A stretch of 64,000 nucleotides of DNA, taken from assembly GCA_041736675.1 (NCBI GenBank), contig JBGSTD010000065.1, positions 895 through 64,894 on the forward strand, written 5' to 3'. The stretch is from Salaquimonas sp. (GTDB lineage Bacteria > Pseudomonadota > Alphaproteobacteria > Rhizobiales > Rhizobiaceae). Under the pieces are notes generated by a model. The model did no database searches and was not told where the DNA came from. It saw only the letters and a program-made list of their open reading frames with translations. The position numbers and the translations under genes were made by a program. This document shows positions 9,908 through 19,496 of this stretch, piece after piece. Positions within the stretch are counted from its first letter, which is position 1; the number at the start of each line of letters is the position of its first letter.

Positions 9908-10438
9908 ATGGAGACAGGCCCGGATCAACTCGAACAGGTATCGTATCCCTGTCAAATTTTGGAAACTGAAATGCGTGAACTGATCCGGACTTCGGAGGGA
10001 ACAATAACCAGGGCAGAATTTCGTACCGGCGCGAAAATGCTGGCTCTTCTTTCTGTCATTGTTGGCGGGCTTTTGGTTTCGATCCGTTGGCTTAGTCATG
10101 AAATGGAATGGATGACCGTTGCGGTCGCTCCGTTTTTTGGTGTTGTCGTGGTTTTTGCTGTCTGCAGCCTTGTCTATTTCTGGTACTGTATATTTGCCAA
10201 AAGGATGCGTGCGCTTGAGCGTTCTGCAATCATGATCAGGGTCTGGCTTGGTGCCTTGTTTTTGGCAATTGCGTTCAGCCTGATGGATTATCAAAACAAG
10301 ACGCTGGCGCTGGCTGATACCGGAATACTGGCCTATTCCGGATTTTTTGCGCTCGTGTTTTCGTTCCTGTGCCTGATCCTCTTTGCACTGCTCTTGTGGA
10401 CAGGATGGACCGGCGCAGCAACGGGCGAAAACGTCTGA
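9908..10438 (+). CDS. hypothetical membrane protein
   Basis: There are four or so hydrophobic segments (LALLSVIVGGLLV, VAVAPFFGVVVVFAVCSLVYFWY, VWLGALFLAIAF, FFALVFSFLCLILFALLLW). The start is uncertain (ATG 9908 or 9971) and I recognise no family. Confidence 0.4.
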   Translation: METGPDQLEQVSYPCQILETEMRELIRTSEGTITRAEFRTGAKMLALLSVIVGGLLVSIRWLSHEMEWMTVAVAPFFGVVVVFAVCSLVYFWYCIFAKRMRALERSAIMIRVWLGALFLAIAFSLMDYQNKTLALADTGILAYSGFFALVFSFLCLILFALLLWTGWTGAATGENV

Positions 10439-10452
10439 TCGAACTTTATAAA

Positions 10453-11793
10453 TCAGGCAGGTTTGATTTTCTTGATGCCCAGCTTCGGATGATCTTCGAT
10501 GATCCGAATTTCGCGCTGCGGATACGGGATTGTAATTGCATTGTCCCGCAATGTTTCCCAAACGATGAACAGCAAATCGGATTTCACCTTATTTTTCCCG
10601 TCATCAATTCCTTCAATCCAGAATTCGACGGCAAAATTGATGCCGCTATCGCCAAAGCCGCGCAATTCGCAATCGGGGCGTTCCGGCTCGCTCAGCACAA
10701 GCGGGTGCTTGGCCACTGCTGCAATCATAAGGTCCGGTATCTTGCGGATGTCAGTGTCGTACGCGACTGAGAACTCGATCTCGTAACGCTGGCGAGGATC
10801 GTCCCTGGTCCAGTTTACAAAGGTGGTAGTGATGAATTTTTCATTCGGCACCATGATTTCCTTGCCGTCATAGGTTTCGAGCGTCGCTGAGCGCATGTTC
10901 AATTCGCTGAGGGTTCCGGAGCGGCCGTCTTCAAGTTCGATATAGTCCCCCACGTGAATGGTGCGTTCGACCAAAAGGATTATGCCCGAAATAAAATTGG
11001 AAGCGATCTGCTGCAGGCCAAAACCGATACCAACACCGATGGCGCCGCCAATGACCGCGAGGGCCGTCAGGTCCAGCCCGAGCACCTGAAGAAGGAGGAC
11101 AAATATTCCGGCGAACAAGGCGATCTGGAACAGTTTTGCAAATAGCTCCTGCGTAGGTCGGTCGAGCGCATCCTGGCTGCGGATGGCATTTTGCCCGGAT
11201 CGGTTTGAGATTGATCCCAGCCAGAAAAAGAAACTTCCGGCAATTGCCGCCTTGATCAGGAAATATAGCGAAATACGGATATTGCCCGCCTGCATGGAGA
11301 TGCTGTCCAGAAAGGCGGTTGCCTCATCGAGATATTCAAAGACCTGAAGGGTGGCGACGGGTATGCCGATATAGAGCAGGGCCGTCCGCAACATCGGATT
11401 GGTGATGAAGCGGTTGATCGCGCTGTACAAAAGAAAGATGACGGATGCGCCGCGGGCAAGTTTGACAAGCCAGGATGCGCCCACTGCCGATTGCACGATG
11501 TCGACGGCAAATCCCAACAAGACATAGCACAAGAACGGAAACAGCAAATCCGACAGTGCAAAGACATATTGCCTGAACTTCAACCATTTTGCGCCGTCTT
11601 CCGGTGGTGCCACGAACCAGCTGACTTTTTGCTTCAGCAATCTGCCGAGAAACCACGCCGCAAATATGCAGCCGAAAATCGCGCCAATCTGTGCATAAAA
11701 TTGTGGCGAGGTGAGCCAGCCGATCAACTCGGTCAGTACGGCATTTCCGGTGTCCTGCCACCAGATCGGATCAAGGTATTTGTTCATCCGCAA
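10453..11793 (-). CDS. mechanosensitive ion channel family protein (MscS-like)
   Basis: 446 aa, with N-terminal TM helices and the MscS core GFGLQQIASNFISGIILLVERTIHVGDYIELEDGRSGTLSELNMRSATLETYDGKEIMVPNEKF. Confidence 0.85.
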   Translation of the reverse strand: MRMNKYLDPIWWQDTGNAVLTELIGWLTSPQFYAQIGAIFGCIFAAWFLGRLLKQKVSWFVAPPEDGAKWLKFRQYVFALSDLLFPFLCYVLLGFAVDIVQSAVGASWLVKLARGASVIFLLYSAINRFITNPMLRTALLYIGIPVATLQVFEYLDEATAFLDSISMQAGNIRISLYFLIKAAIAGSFFFWLGSISNRSGQNAIRSQDALDRPTQELFAKLFQIALFAGIFVLLLQVLGLDLTALAVIGGAIGVGIGFGLQQIASNFISGIILLVERTIHVGDYIELEDGRSGTLSELNMRSATLETYDGKEIMVPNEKFITTTFVNWTRDDPRQRYEIEFSVAYDTDIRKIPDLMIAAVAKHPLVLSEPERPDCELRGFGDSGINFAVEFWIEGIDDGKNKVKSDLLFIVWETLRDNAITIPYPQREIRIIEDHPKLGIKKIKPA

Positions 11794-11857
11794 TCTTTAG
11801 CAGAGCGGACGTCAAAGGAAATCCAAAAACGTATTCAGCTGGAAGATGGTTCACAGA

Positions 11858-12310
11858 TCATTTTCGCCAACCGATCCATTTATCGATCCTGTTACGAAAT
11901 CCGAAAGCGTCCTCCACTGGATTGCGGGGAACAAACAGGAGCATCAATACAAAGACAATTGGAATGCTAGCCAAATAACCTCCAAAAAGCCCATCCATGG
12001 AATCAGCCTTGAGGCTCTCGAACAAGCTGAAAGGGATTGTCACTAAAAGGGATGCAGTAAGTCTTCCAGCCAGCCATGCGGGCGTGTTGTGCCAGGGAAC
12101 TATTGCAACAGTGGCGACGACTGCAAAGAAAATTGCCACGCTGATCAGCAATACAATCGAGACCTCCGGAGCAATATGCCAACCTTGGCGAAGCAAGACT
12201 GAAAATGTGCTTCCGATACAAATGACTATTATCCAAGTAAAGCGATAGGCGACTTTCTTGACATACCTGACTTGTTCTGAACTTAGACGTGTCGGATCTT
12301 GTATCATCAT
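11858..12310 (-). CDS. hypothetical membrane protein
   Basis: There are several TM segments (FTWIIVICIGSTFSVLL, IVLLISVAIFFAVVATVAIV, LLVTIPFSLF, IPIVFVLMLLFV). The ATG at 12310 avoids overlap with the upstream gene; the longer ORF runs to 12382. Confidence 0.4.
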   Translation of the reverse strand: MMIQDPTRLSSEQVRYVKKVAYRFTWIIVICIGSTFSVLLRQGWHIAPEVSIVLLISVAIFFAVVATVAIVPWHNTPAWLAGRLTASLLVTIPFSLFESLKADSMDGLFGGYLASIPIVFVLMLLFVPRNPVEDAFGFRNRIDKWIGWRK

Positions 12311-12356
12311 ATTGCTCGCCAATTGATTGTGCTGCGTTACGATGCCCCCAAAGGTT

Positions 12357-13076
12357 CTATTCGTCAAATGGTTTGTTTCCAATGCTCATCTGTCTCTTTC
12401 CGGCATGCCCCTTGATGCGCTCAACGTTGAAACCCGCCGCCTCGAGATTTCTGCGAACCCAGCCCGCGCTTGTGTAGGTGGCGAAAGTGCCGCCTTGTGT
12501 AGTCTTGTCATGAACTGTTTTCATCAGGTCGCTGTTCCACAATTCGGGATTTTTGGCCGGGGAAAAGCCGTCAAGAAACCAGGCATCCGCTTTGATTTGC
12601 AGTTGCGGCAGCCTTGTGTTGGCATCGCTGAAAAACACGGTGAGGGAAATGTTATTGTCCTCGAAGTGGAAAAACTCAAACTCAGGCTCCCAGGATTCCA
12701 GCAATCTGTTCGCGTCTTCAGCCAGTTGCGGCCAACGCGACAGCGCTTTTATCATGTCTTCTTTGGGTAACGGGTAAAGCTCGAAGGAAACAAAATCCAG
12801 TTTACTGTCCAGAGGTGCAATTTCACGCCACAAGCGCCAAAGGGTCAGGAAATTCAGGCCTGTACCAAAACCGAGTTCGCCGATGGTGAAATGCCCTGCC
12901 TGTGGCAGACGTTCGTTCAACCGGTTTCCGTTGATGAAAACAAAAGCCGTCTCCGCAAATCCGTCCGACTTTGAATAGTATGTGTCACCAAACCGGAGCG
13001 AGCGCGGTATCGTATCATCGACCCATTCCAGAGCAGCGGGGGAAGTGCATTTGCTTTCAGTCAATTGTCGCCCCAT
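12357..13076 (-). CDS. mnmD: tRNA (5-methylaminomethyl-2-thiouridine)(34)-methyltransferase, stand-alone MnmC methyltransferase (DUF752) domain
   Basis: Motifs are FGDTYYS, GELGFGTGLNFL, ADAWFLDGFSPAKNPELW and GGTFATYTSAGWVRRNL. The start is taken at ATG 13076 because the ORF-track start at 13205 would overlap the divergent gene. Confidence 0.75.
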   Translation of the reverse strand: MGRQLTESKCTSPAALEWVDDTIPRSLRFGDTYYSKSDGFAETAFVFINGNRLNERLPQAGHFTIGELGFGTGLNFLTLWRLWREIAPLDSKLDFVSFELYPLPKEDMIKALSRWPQLAEDANRLLESWEPEFEFFHFEDNNISLTVFFSDANTRLPQLQIKADAWFLDGFSPAKNPELWNSDLMKTVHDKTTQGGTFATYTSAGWVRRNLEAAGFNVERIKGHAGKRQMSIGNKPFDE

Positions 13077-13085
13077 ATTAACAGA

Positions 13086-14543
13086 ATGATTCAGCAGGTC
13101 GAAAATAAAAACACAGGCAATTCCAGCCGGAATACGCCAAAGTCCGATCAACCCGATGTTATTGTCATCGGCGCTGGTATATTCGGTTTGTGGGCTGCGC
13201 GCCATGCCCTCAAGCGTGGTGAGCGTGTTCTTGTGGTCGAAAAGCGTAGCGTGGGCGCGGGTGCATCAGGTGGTTTTTTAGGCGCGCTGATGCCACATAT
13301 GCCGGACAACTGGAACGCCAAGAAGCAATTTCAGTTTGATGCGCTTGCCTCACTTGCCGATGCCATAGGCGAACTGGAAACTGACACGGGGCATGATTGC
13401 GGCTATCGACGTTGCGGACGTTTGATGCCGCTCACGCACGAAAAAATGCTTACCCATGCGCAAAGCCGGATTGCCGGCGCAAAAGCCAATTGGGTGGACA
13501 AAGCCGGCAAACAGGCATTCAAAATGCAACTTATCTCGCCGGAGGATTTGAACAAGCCGGAATTTGTTGCGCCCGATGGGGCACCTTGGCTCAATCCTGG
13601 TCTTGCAAAATTTGGTGCGACTTTTGACACCTTGTCTGCCCGCGTAAATCCACGAGTCTATCTAGAGGCATTGGCTACCTATGTGCGCTCCAAAGGCCGA
13701 CACGGCGAAATTATGGAAGGCGCAGAGGTTATTTCATTTGTTGAAGGCCAGAATGGCGTCAGCGTCCAGCTTACCTCGGGGGAAATCATATCTGGCGGGC
13801 GGCTGGTGGTTGCCAATGGCTGGGAAGCCTATGGCTTGCTGGCCAAGGCCGGGGCCAAGATCAACAGCCAAATATTGACCGGCCGAGGCGTCAAAGGGCA
13901 GGCGGTACTGCTGGATCATGCACACGATGACCAATTGCCGATTGTTTACGACAATGGTTCTTATGTTGTACCGCATTCTGGAAACAAGGTTGCGATTGGC
14001 TCCACCAGCGTTGACAATTGGCTGCCGCTCGGGCTTGGAAGCTTTCAGCCCGATACGGATGAAAGAGTTTCTGAACATGCTTCGGGCGCTGATCATCCCG
14101 AGCTTCCAGCCTCGGTTGAACCCGCGCAAAACAGGCCAAAATATTTTGACGGCCCCCTGCCGCAATTCACCGAAATGACGTCGCTTGCCAGTCACAGCAT
14201 TTCGGCGGGGCTGTCGCTCTCGAGTGAAAGTTTTGTCGGAGACCTGACCATGGACGATCCGATGGCTGCAAAGCTGGTCGAGGCATCCGTGCGCCATTTT
14301 GAACCGTCAGACATGGAATTTTACAAGCATGCAGTGGCGCTGAGCCCGTCGCTTGCCGGAGCACCCATAAGCGAACGCTGGGCAAATGTGCGCCCGCGCA
14401 ACACCATACCTGATCCCAAAACAGGCAAAGCAGGCACGGAACCTGTATTTGGAACTCTTGACGGAAATGAACACGTGCAAGTAATGATTGGCGGTTTCAA
14501 GATCAGCTTCGGTATCGGGCATGTGGCATTTTTCGACAAATGA
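13086..14543 (+). CDS. FAD-dependent oxidoreductase (MnmC oxidase-domain/DAO-like) with a long internal insertion
   Basis: It has a Rossmann motif, DVIVIGAGIFGLWAA...VVEK. It is divergent from mnmD. An extra segment of roughly 100 aa (GSFQPDTDERVSEHASGADHPELPAS...) is not expected in DAO-fold enzymes. The first ATG is at 13086; the ORF-track start at 13065 is a TTG. Confidence 0.6.
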   Translation: MIQQVENKNTGNSSRNTPKSDQPDVIVIGAGIFGLWAARHALKRGERVLVVEKRSVGAGASGGFLGALMPHMPDNWNAKKQFQFDALASLADAIGELETDTGHDCGYRRCGRLMPLTHEKMLTHAQSRIAGAKANWVDKAGKQAFKMQLISPEDLNKPEFVAPDGAPWLNPGLAKFGATFDTLSARVNPRVYLEALATYVRSKGRHGEIMEGAEVISFVEGQNGVSVQLTSGEIISGGRLVVANGWEAYGLLAKAGAKINSQILTGRGVKGQAVLLDHAHDDQLPIVYDNGSYVVPHSGNKVAIGSTSVDNWLPLGLGSFQPDTDERVSEHASGADHPELPASVEPAQNRPKYFDGPLPQFTEMTSLASHSISAGLSLSSESFVGDLTMDDPMAAKLVEASVRHFEPSDMEFYKHAVALSPSLAGAPISERWANVRPRNTIPDPKTGKAGTEPVFGTLDGNEHVQVMIGGFKISFGIGHVAFFDK

Positions 14544-14646
14544 ATGCCCGACATTGACCTGTCGTCCCTAGAACAACGATTTTGCTTGTGATTTCCGATA
14601 AGTGCTGAAATGTTTTGTTTGTCAGCCCAATGCGGAGCGTCGTTTC

Positions 14647-17208
14647 ATGTCCAAATTTCCTACCCGTGCCAAAGTCGTCATCATCGGTCTTGGCGGTATA
14701 GTCGGCGCGTCTGTCGCCCATCATCTGGTCGAGCGCGGGTGGGATGATATTGTCGGTATCGACAAATCGGCTATTCCGACCGATATCGGTTCGACTTCAC
14801 ATGCTTCGGACTTCTGCTACACGACCAGCCATGATTTTCTGTCAGTCTGGACAACGCTTTATTCTATCGATTTCTTTGACAAGATGGGCCACTACGCAAG
14901 GGTGGGCGGTCTTGAAGTTGTTCGCAAGGGCGACACGGGGCGCATGGCGGAATTGCTGCGCAAGGCGGCTTCTGCAAAGGCGTTTGGCACACGGGCGCAC
15001 ATGATCAGTGCTGCCGAAGCAAAAGCAAAATTTCCTCTGCTGGAAGAAGATGTGATTGACGGCGCTTTGTGGGACCCTGATGCAGGACTCGTCAAGCCAC
15101 GTTCGCAGACGGTTGCCGGCATTCTAGTCGATCAGGCAGAGAAAAGCGGCAAGTTGAAATCGTTCGCCAACACGCCTGCCACAAGGCTGATTATAGAGGA
15201 CGGAAGGATCAAAGGTGTTGAAACCCACCGCGGCACGATCATGGCAGATCATGTGGTTGTTTGTGCAGGCCTTTGGGGTAGATTGATCGCGGATATGGCA
15301 GGTGAGGATTTGCCTGTTATGCCGGTTGATCACCCGCTGACATTCTTCGGCCCATACAATGAATTTGCTGGAACCGGGAAAGACATCGGCTTTCCATTGC
15401 TGCGTGATCAGGGCAATTCGGCTTATATGCGAGATACTGGCGATCCGACAACGCCGGAAGGCGGGCAGATCGAATGGGGCTATTACGAGGAAACCAATCC
15501 GCGCCTTTGCCATCCGCGCGATATTCTCGAAAAACACGAGTCGCGCCTTTCTCCATCCCAGCGCGACCTGCCGATCGAGCAGATCATGGAGCCGCTGGAG
15601 CGGGCAATGGAGCTGACACCTATCCTTGGCGAACTTGGCTACAATGAGGGCCATTCGTTTAATGGTCTGCTGCAGGTGACGACGGATGGCGGACCGTCCA
15701 TGGGCGAGAGCCAGAAAGTGCGTGGTCTTTGGTATGCGGTTGCTATCTGGGTCAAGGATGGCCCCGGTATGGGCAAGCTGATTGCTGACTGGATGACCGA
15801 TGGGCGCACGCAAATCGACCACAACAGAATCGACTATGCGCGGTTTTATCCGCACCAGTTGAACGAGCAATACATCCATGACCGCTGCACTGAAACTGCG
15901 ATGAAAATCTATAATCCGGCAGTGCATCCGCGTGAGCCGTTCTCCAAGGGGCGCAATGTCAATCACAGCCCGTTTTATGAGCGCGAAAAGGAGCTTGGCG
16001 CCTATTTCATGGAATTGGGCGGCTGGGAGCGTGCCCACGGCTATGCCGCCAACGAGCATCTGCTGGAAAAATTTGGTGATCGCGTTCCTGTTCGCAAGGC
16101 CGAATGGGACAATCGTCACTTCTGGCGTGTCTCCAATGCCGAACACCTGGAAATGAGCGAGAATGTCGGCAAGGTAAACCTGTCGCATTTTGCAATGGTG
16201 GATATTTCAGGCCCTGACCATGAGGCATTCATGGAATATCTATGCGTTGCCAAGGTTGGCGGCGACAATATGATCGGCAAAGGCATCTATACTCATTTCC
16301 TTGACAGCAATGGCATGGTACGGGCCGATTTTACGGTCTTCCGCATGGCAGACCGCTACCGTTTTGTTGATGGCGCCGATGCAGGCAACCGCGACTTGGT
16401 TTACATGAAGCGCATGGCCGAGGATTTGGGTTATGACGTTACCATTGAAAACGTATCGACAAAGTACGTTACCATCGGTGTTTGGGGCCCCAATGCGAGG
16501 GCAACCCTGCAAAAGGTGGTTGAAGATCCGGATGGTCTCAGCCTTGAGAAATTCCCGTTTGCGGCTATCAAGACCATCCGCATTGCAGGTGTGAATGTCA
16601 TGGCTTTCCGCATCTCCTATGTTGGCGAACAGGGATGGGAACTTCATATGAAGTATGAAGAGGCTCTGGCTGTCTGGGATGCCATTCGCGCAGAAGGTGT
16701 CATGGCATTCGGTGTCGAGACCTATGCCAATACGCGACGCATGGAAAAAAGCCTGCGTCTGCAGAATGCTGATCTTTTGACCGAGTATAACCTGCTTGAG
16801 GCAGATCTTGCCCGCCCGAAAGTGAAAGAGGCTGATTTCCATGGCAAGGCAGCCTACATCGAGCACCGCGCGCTCGAAAAACAGCCAGCTTATCTCTGCA
16901 CGCTCGTCATGACCGACAACATTGATGATGACGGGATTGCGCGTTATCCGGTCGGAACTTCACCAATCATGGATCAGAAGACCGGCGAAACGTTGATAGA
17001 CAGTTTGGGCAGGCGATCCTTCACCACAAGTCTGGCTTTCGGCCCGACCATCGGCAAAAATATCATGCTGGCATATATCCCGGTTGAACGTGCTGTTGAG
17101 GGAGCAATGTTTGATATTGAGTATTTCGGCAAGCGCTATCCGGTCCGGCTTGAAGGTGTTGGTTACAAGCCACTTTACGACCCTGAAAATCTGAAGCCGC
17201 GTAGTTGA
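14647..17208 (+). CDS. dimethylglycine/sarcosine dehydrogenase-family protein (FAD oxidoreductase fused to GcvT-type folate-binding aminomethyltransferase domain), paralog 1
   Basis: 853 aa from ATG 14647, with GGAG 10 nt upstream. It has KVVIIGLGGIVGASVAHHL and a C-terminal GcvT-like region (ISYVGEQGWELHM). The flavin-site region reads GSTSHASDF, not the TWHAAG seen in paralogs 2 and 3. Confidence 0.8.
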   Translation: MSKFPTRAKVVIIGLGGIVGASVAHHLVERGWDDIVGIDKSAIPTDIGSTSHASDFCYTTSHDFLSVWTTLYSIDFFDKMGHYARVGGLEVVRKGDTGRMAELLRKAASAKAFGTRAHMISAAEAKAKFPLLEEDVIDGALWDPDAGLVKPRSQTVAGILVDQAEKSGKLKSFANTPATRLIIEDGRIKGVETHRGTIMADHVVVCAGLWGRLIADMAGEDLPVMPVDHPLTFFGPYNEFAGTGKDIGFPLLRDQGNSAYMRDTGDPTTPEGGQIEWGYYEETNPRLCHPRDILEKHESRLSPSQRDLPIEQIMEPLERAMELTPILGELGYNEGHSFNGLLQVTTDGGPSMGESQKVRGLWYAVAIWVKDGPGMGKLIADWMTDGRTQIDHNRIDYARFYPHQLNEQYIHDRCTETAMKIYNPAVHPREPFSKGRNVNHSPFYEREKELGAYFMELGGWERAHGYAANEHLLEKFGDRVPVRKAEWDNRHFWRVSNAEHLEMSENVGKVNLSHFAMVDISGPDHEAFMEYLCVAKVGGDNMIGKGIYTHFLDSNGMVRADFTVFRMADRYRFVDGADAGNRDLVYMKRMAEDLGYDVTIENVSTKYVTIGVWGPNARATLQKVVEDPDGLSLEKFPFAAIKTIRIAGVNVMAFRISYVGEQGWELHMKYEEALAVWDAIRAEGVMAFGVETYANTRRMEKSLRLQNADLLTEYNLLEADLARPKVKEADFHGKAAYIEHRALEKQPAYLCTLVMTDNIDDDGIARYPVGTSPIMDQKTGETLIDSLGRRSFTTSLAFGPTIGKNIMLAYIPVERAVEGAMFDIEYFGKRYPVRLEGVGYKPLYDPENLKPRS

Positions 17209-17236
17209 GCGGAATATGGGATATTCATTTGAAACG

Positions 17237-17264
17237 GGCGACCATTGTGTCGCCTTTTTCTTTT
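17237..17264 (+). terminator. rho-independent terminator after dehydrogenase paralog 1
   Basis: GGCGAC (17237-17242) pairs with GTCGCC (17249-17254) and is followed by TTTTTCTTTT. Confidence 0.7.
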
Positions 17265-17383
17265 CTATTATCAGCAGGGTAGCCCTAAGTCTTCATGGTA
17301 ACGAGATGGAAACCACACTCAAATTTTCTGCCTTGAAACAATATGTTATGGCAGATAGCTTGCCAGTATGCGGGGGCAGAACA

Positions 17384-18307
17384 ATGATAAATTTAATGCA
17401 AGCAGGAATCAAAACTCAAATCAGCGTTGTGCCAGCCATGGTCAGCAAAACGAAAGCTTCAGGGAACGGTTTCTTGCGTTGGTTTACTGGCGCTTCCGCA
17501 TTCTTGTGTCTGGGCATGGCCTTTCTGCAGGCCTCGGCTATCACAACTGCTGCCCAGGACACGAACAGCAGGCCTGCACGGTCGGTGGAGGCGGTTGAGG
17601 CTCTCAGGCAGTCAAGTTGGGAAGAACTGGAGACCGGCCTTGCTTCGTTGAAGGCCAATACCGCGCTCGGCACCCAAGTACTGGCGTTAAAAATATCTCC
17701 GGAGCATTTTCGATTTTCCATAGAGCAGCAGGCAACGCCAAAAGGCGAGCGTGCTAGTTCGGTTGCCGAAAGAACCGGAGGTATCATTGCGTTCAATGGA
17801 GGATTCTTTGGGCAAAAAGGTCAGGGTGATCTGTATCCTGTGGGGATGCTGATTGATGATGGCAAGGCAGTATCAAGCGCGTGGAGCAACATTGGCGGAT
17901 TTTTGGCGCTTCGTGAAGACGGCAGACCTGAAATTACGCTTTCTCGGGCTGGTGCACCGGAGTGGGCCTTGGAGGCGGTTCAGTCAAAACCCGTGCTGAT
18001 TGAAACAGGCGGTTTATGGGCAATGCGGACTAACGGCACGGAACTTGAACGTCGCAGCCTTATCTGCATTTTACCCGATAATAATGTGGTCTTCATGATC
18101 ATTTCCGGGGGTGGCCTTACACTGTTTGAAGCAGGCTGGCTGATGCGCTCACCCAAATGGGGCGGATATTTTGATTGTGACCGTGCAATTGCCCTTGATG
18201 GCGGCGGGTCGACCCAGTTGAAAGTGCGGGATCATTCGCAGCTTGACGTGTCGGGTGTTACTGGCGTGCAAAACCTTTTGGTCGTTCATCGCCGCAGCCA
18301 ACAATAG
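17384..18307 (+). CDS. phosphodiester glycosidase family protein (DUF2233), secreted
   Basis: Motifs are IIAFNGGFFG, GMLIDDGK, KPVLIETGG and RAIALDGGGSTQL. The signal-like segment is FLRWFTGASAFLCLGMAFLQASA. The ORF-track start at 17216 lies inside the upstream terminator, so an internal ATG (17384, possibly 17438) is preferred. Confidence 0.65.
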   Translation: MINLMQAGIKTQISVVPAMVSKTKASGNGFLRWFTGASAFLCLGMAFLQASAITTAAQDTNSRPARSVEAVEALRQSSWEELETGLASLKANTALGTQVLALKISPEHFRFSIEQQATPKGERASSVAERTGGIIAFNGGFFGQKGQGDLYPVGMLIDDGKAVSSAWSNIGGFLALREDGRPEITLSRAGAPEWALEAVQSKPVLIETGGLWAMRTNGTELERRSLICILPDNNVVFMIISGGGLTLFEAGWLMRSPKWGGYFDCDRAIALDGGGSTQLKVRDHSQLDVSGVTGVQNLLVVHRRSQQ

Positions 18308-18314
18308 CAAGGTT

Positions 18315-19325
18315 CTACTGTCGTTCCTGCAGGGGCGACTTGCCATACATTTCCCGGTAGCATTTGGAAAAGTGCGAGGCTGACACAAATCCGCAGGCGA
18401 TTGCCACGTCCACAACCGGTATTGTAGATTGGCGCAGCAAATGGCGGGCTCGATCGAGCCGAACCTCGAGATAATAACGGGCAGGTGAGCGGCCCATCTG
18501 GCTTTGGAACAGTCGCTCAATCTGCCGCCTTGACAGACCGACGTAAGAGGCAATCTCCACCAACGACAGGGGTTCGGAAATATTGGCCTCCATAAACTCG
18601 ATGATCGAGATCACCTTTGTGTTCTGGACACCCAGACGTGCCCGCAGAGGCAGGCGTTGGCGGTCATGCGGGTTGCGCACCCTGTCGGTCAGGGCCTGCT
18701 CACAGACCTTGTTGACGAGGTCTTCATCGTTATCGCGTCCAATCAGCGAAAGCATCATGTCAAGGGCGGCTGTTCCTCCAGCGCAAGTCCAGATATTGCC
18801 GTCCATTTCATAGAGATCGGCATATACATCTGCTGTTGGAAACTTCTCCTGAAATCCAGGCAGGTTCTCCCAGTGAATAGCGCAGCGCTTGCCCTTTAAA
18901 AGCCCGGCTGCGGCAAGCAGATGAGCCGCCGTGCACAATCCACCCACAGTAACACCGGAATTCTTGCATTCGCGCAAATAGGCAAAAAGAGATTTGTGCT
19001 CGGCATCTTCAACGCGGATACCGGAGCAGGCAAACATGATGGTTGGCCGCCTTGAACTGCTTAGATTGTGGCGTTCCTGATCAAGGCTCGCATTGACGAT
19101 AACTTCAACGCCATTTGAAGCGGCAACCGGTTTGCCGTCCATTGAGGCAAGCCGCCAAGTATACATTTCCTGACCCAGCATTCGGTTGGCGAGACGCAGG
19201 GGTTCAATTGCCGTTGTAAAGGCAATCATCGAGAAATTTGGCACAAGGAAAAACACAATGGATTTGGTCACAATCGGTTTGCCTGAAAGTGGCTTGCCAA
19301 CTTCCTTTACGACTTCAATACCCAT
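18315..19325 (-). CDS. GlxA-family AraC-type transcriptional regulator (second GbdR/CdhR-like paralog)
   Basis: 336 aa, with a DJ-1/PfpI-like N-domain and an AraC HTH (SPARYYLEVRLDRARHLL...GFVSASHFSKCYREMYG). Confidence 0.85.
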   Translation of the reverse strand: MGIEVVKEVGKPLSGKPIVTKSIVFFLVPNFSMIAFTTAIEPLRLANRMLGQEMYTWRLASMDGKPVAASNGVEVIVNASLDQERHNLSSSRRPTIMFACSGIRVEDAEHKSLFAYLRECKNSGVTVGGLCTAAHLLAAAGLLKGKRCAIHWENLPGFQEKFPTADVYADLYEMDGNIWTCAGGTAALDMMLSLIGRDNDEDLVNKVCEQALTDRVRNPHDRQRLPLRARLGVQNTKVISIIEFMEANISEPLSLVEIASYVGLSRRQIERLFQSQMGRSPARYYLEVRLDRARHLLRQSTIPVVDVAIACGFVSASHFSKCYREMYGKSPLQERQ

Positions 19326-19430
19326 GTCGTGATACCTTTGCTGGCGTGTGTAATCGCTCTGTGCTGTATGGAATTGTCTTATTCATATTCTCATTGCGAC
19401 AAGCCTGCAATGGGCAAACCGATCCACAAA

Positions 19431-19458
19431 TAAAAAAACCCGCTCAGAGATGCGGGTT
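19431..19458 (-). terminator. rho-independent terminator (minus strand; structurally bidirectional)
   Basis: On the minus strand, CCCGC-atctctga-GCGGG is followed by TTTTTTT. It lies 38 nt after the stop of the 44-codon ORF and about 105 nt upstream of the GlxA-2 start. Confidence 0.75.
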
Positions 19459-19496
19459 TCTTTGGTATAGGATATTATTCAGTTTTTATTGCAATA

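Noticed and set aside
9323-10561. 412-aa minus-strand ORF
   Set aside because: It is antisense to the ATPase tail, the membrane ORF and the end of the MscS gene. Its composition is odd (rich in Cys, His, Gln, Arg, Lys), with no recognisable motif and no SD. I treat it as a shadow ORF.
15124-16188. 354-aa minus-strand ORF inside dehydrogenase paralog 1
   Set aside because: It lies entirely antisense to a gene with clear FAD/GcvT motifs, and its sequence is Arg/Ile/His-rich with no domain. It is a typical antisense shadow.
17216-17383. 5' extension of the DUF2233 ORF
   Set aside because: The ORF-track start lies inside the terminator hairpin of the upstream gene. The signal-peptide-like segment begins much later, so an internal ATG was chosen.
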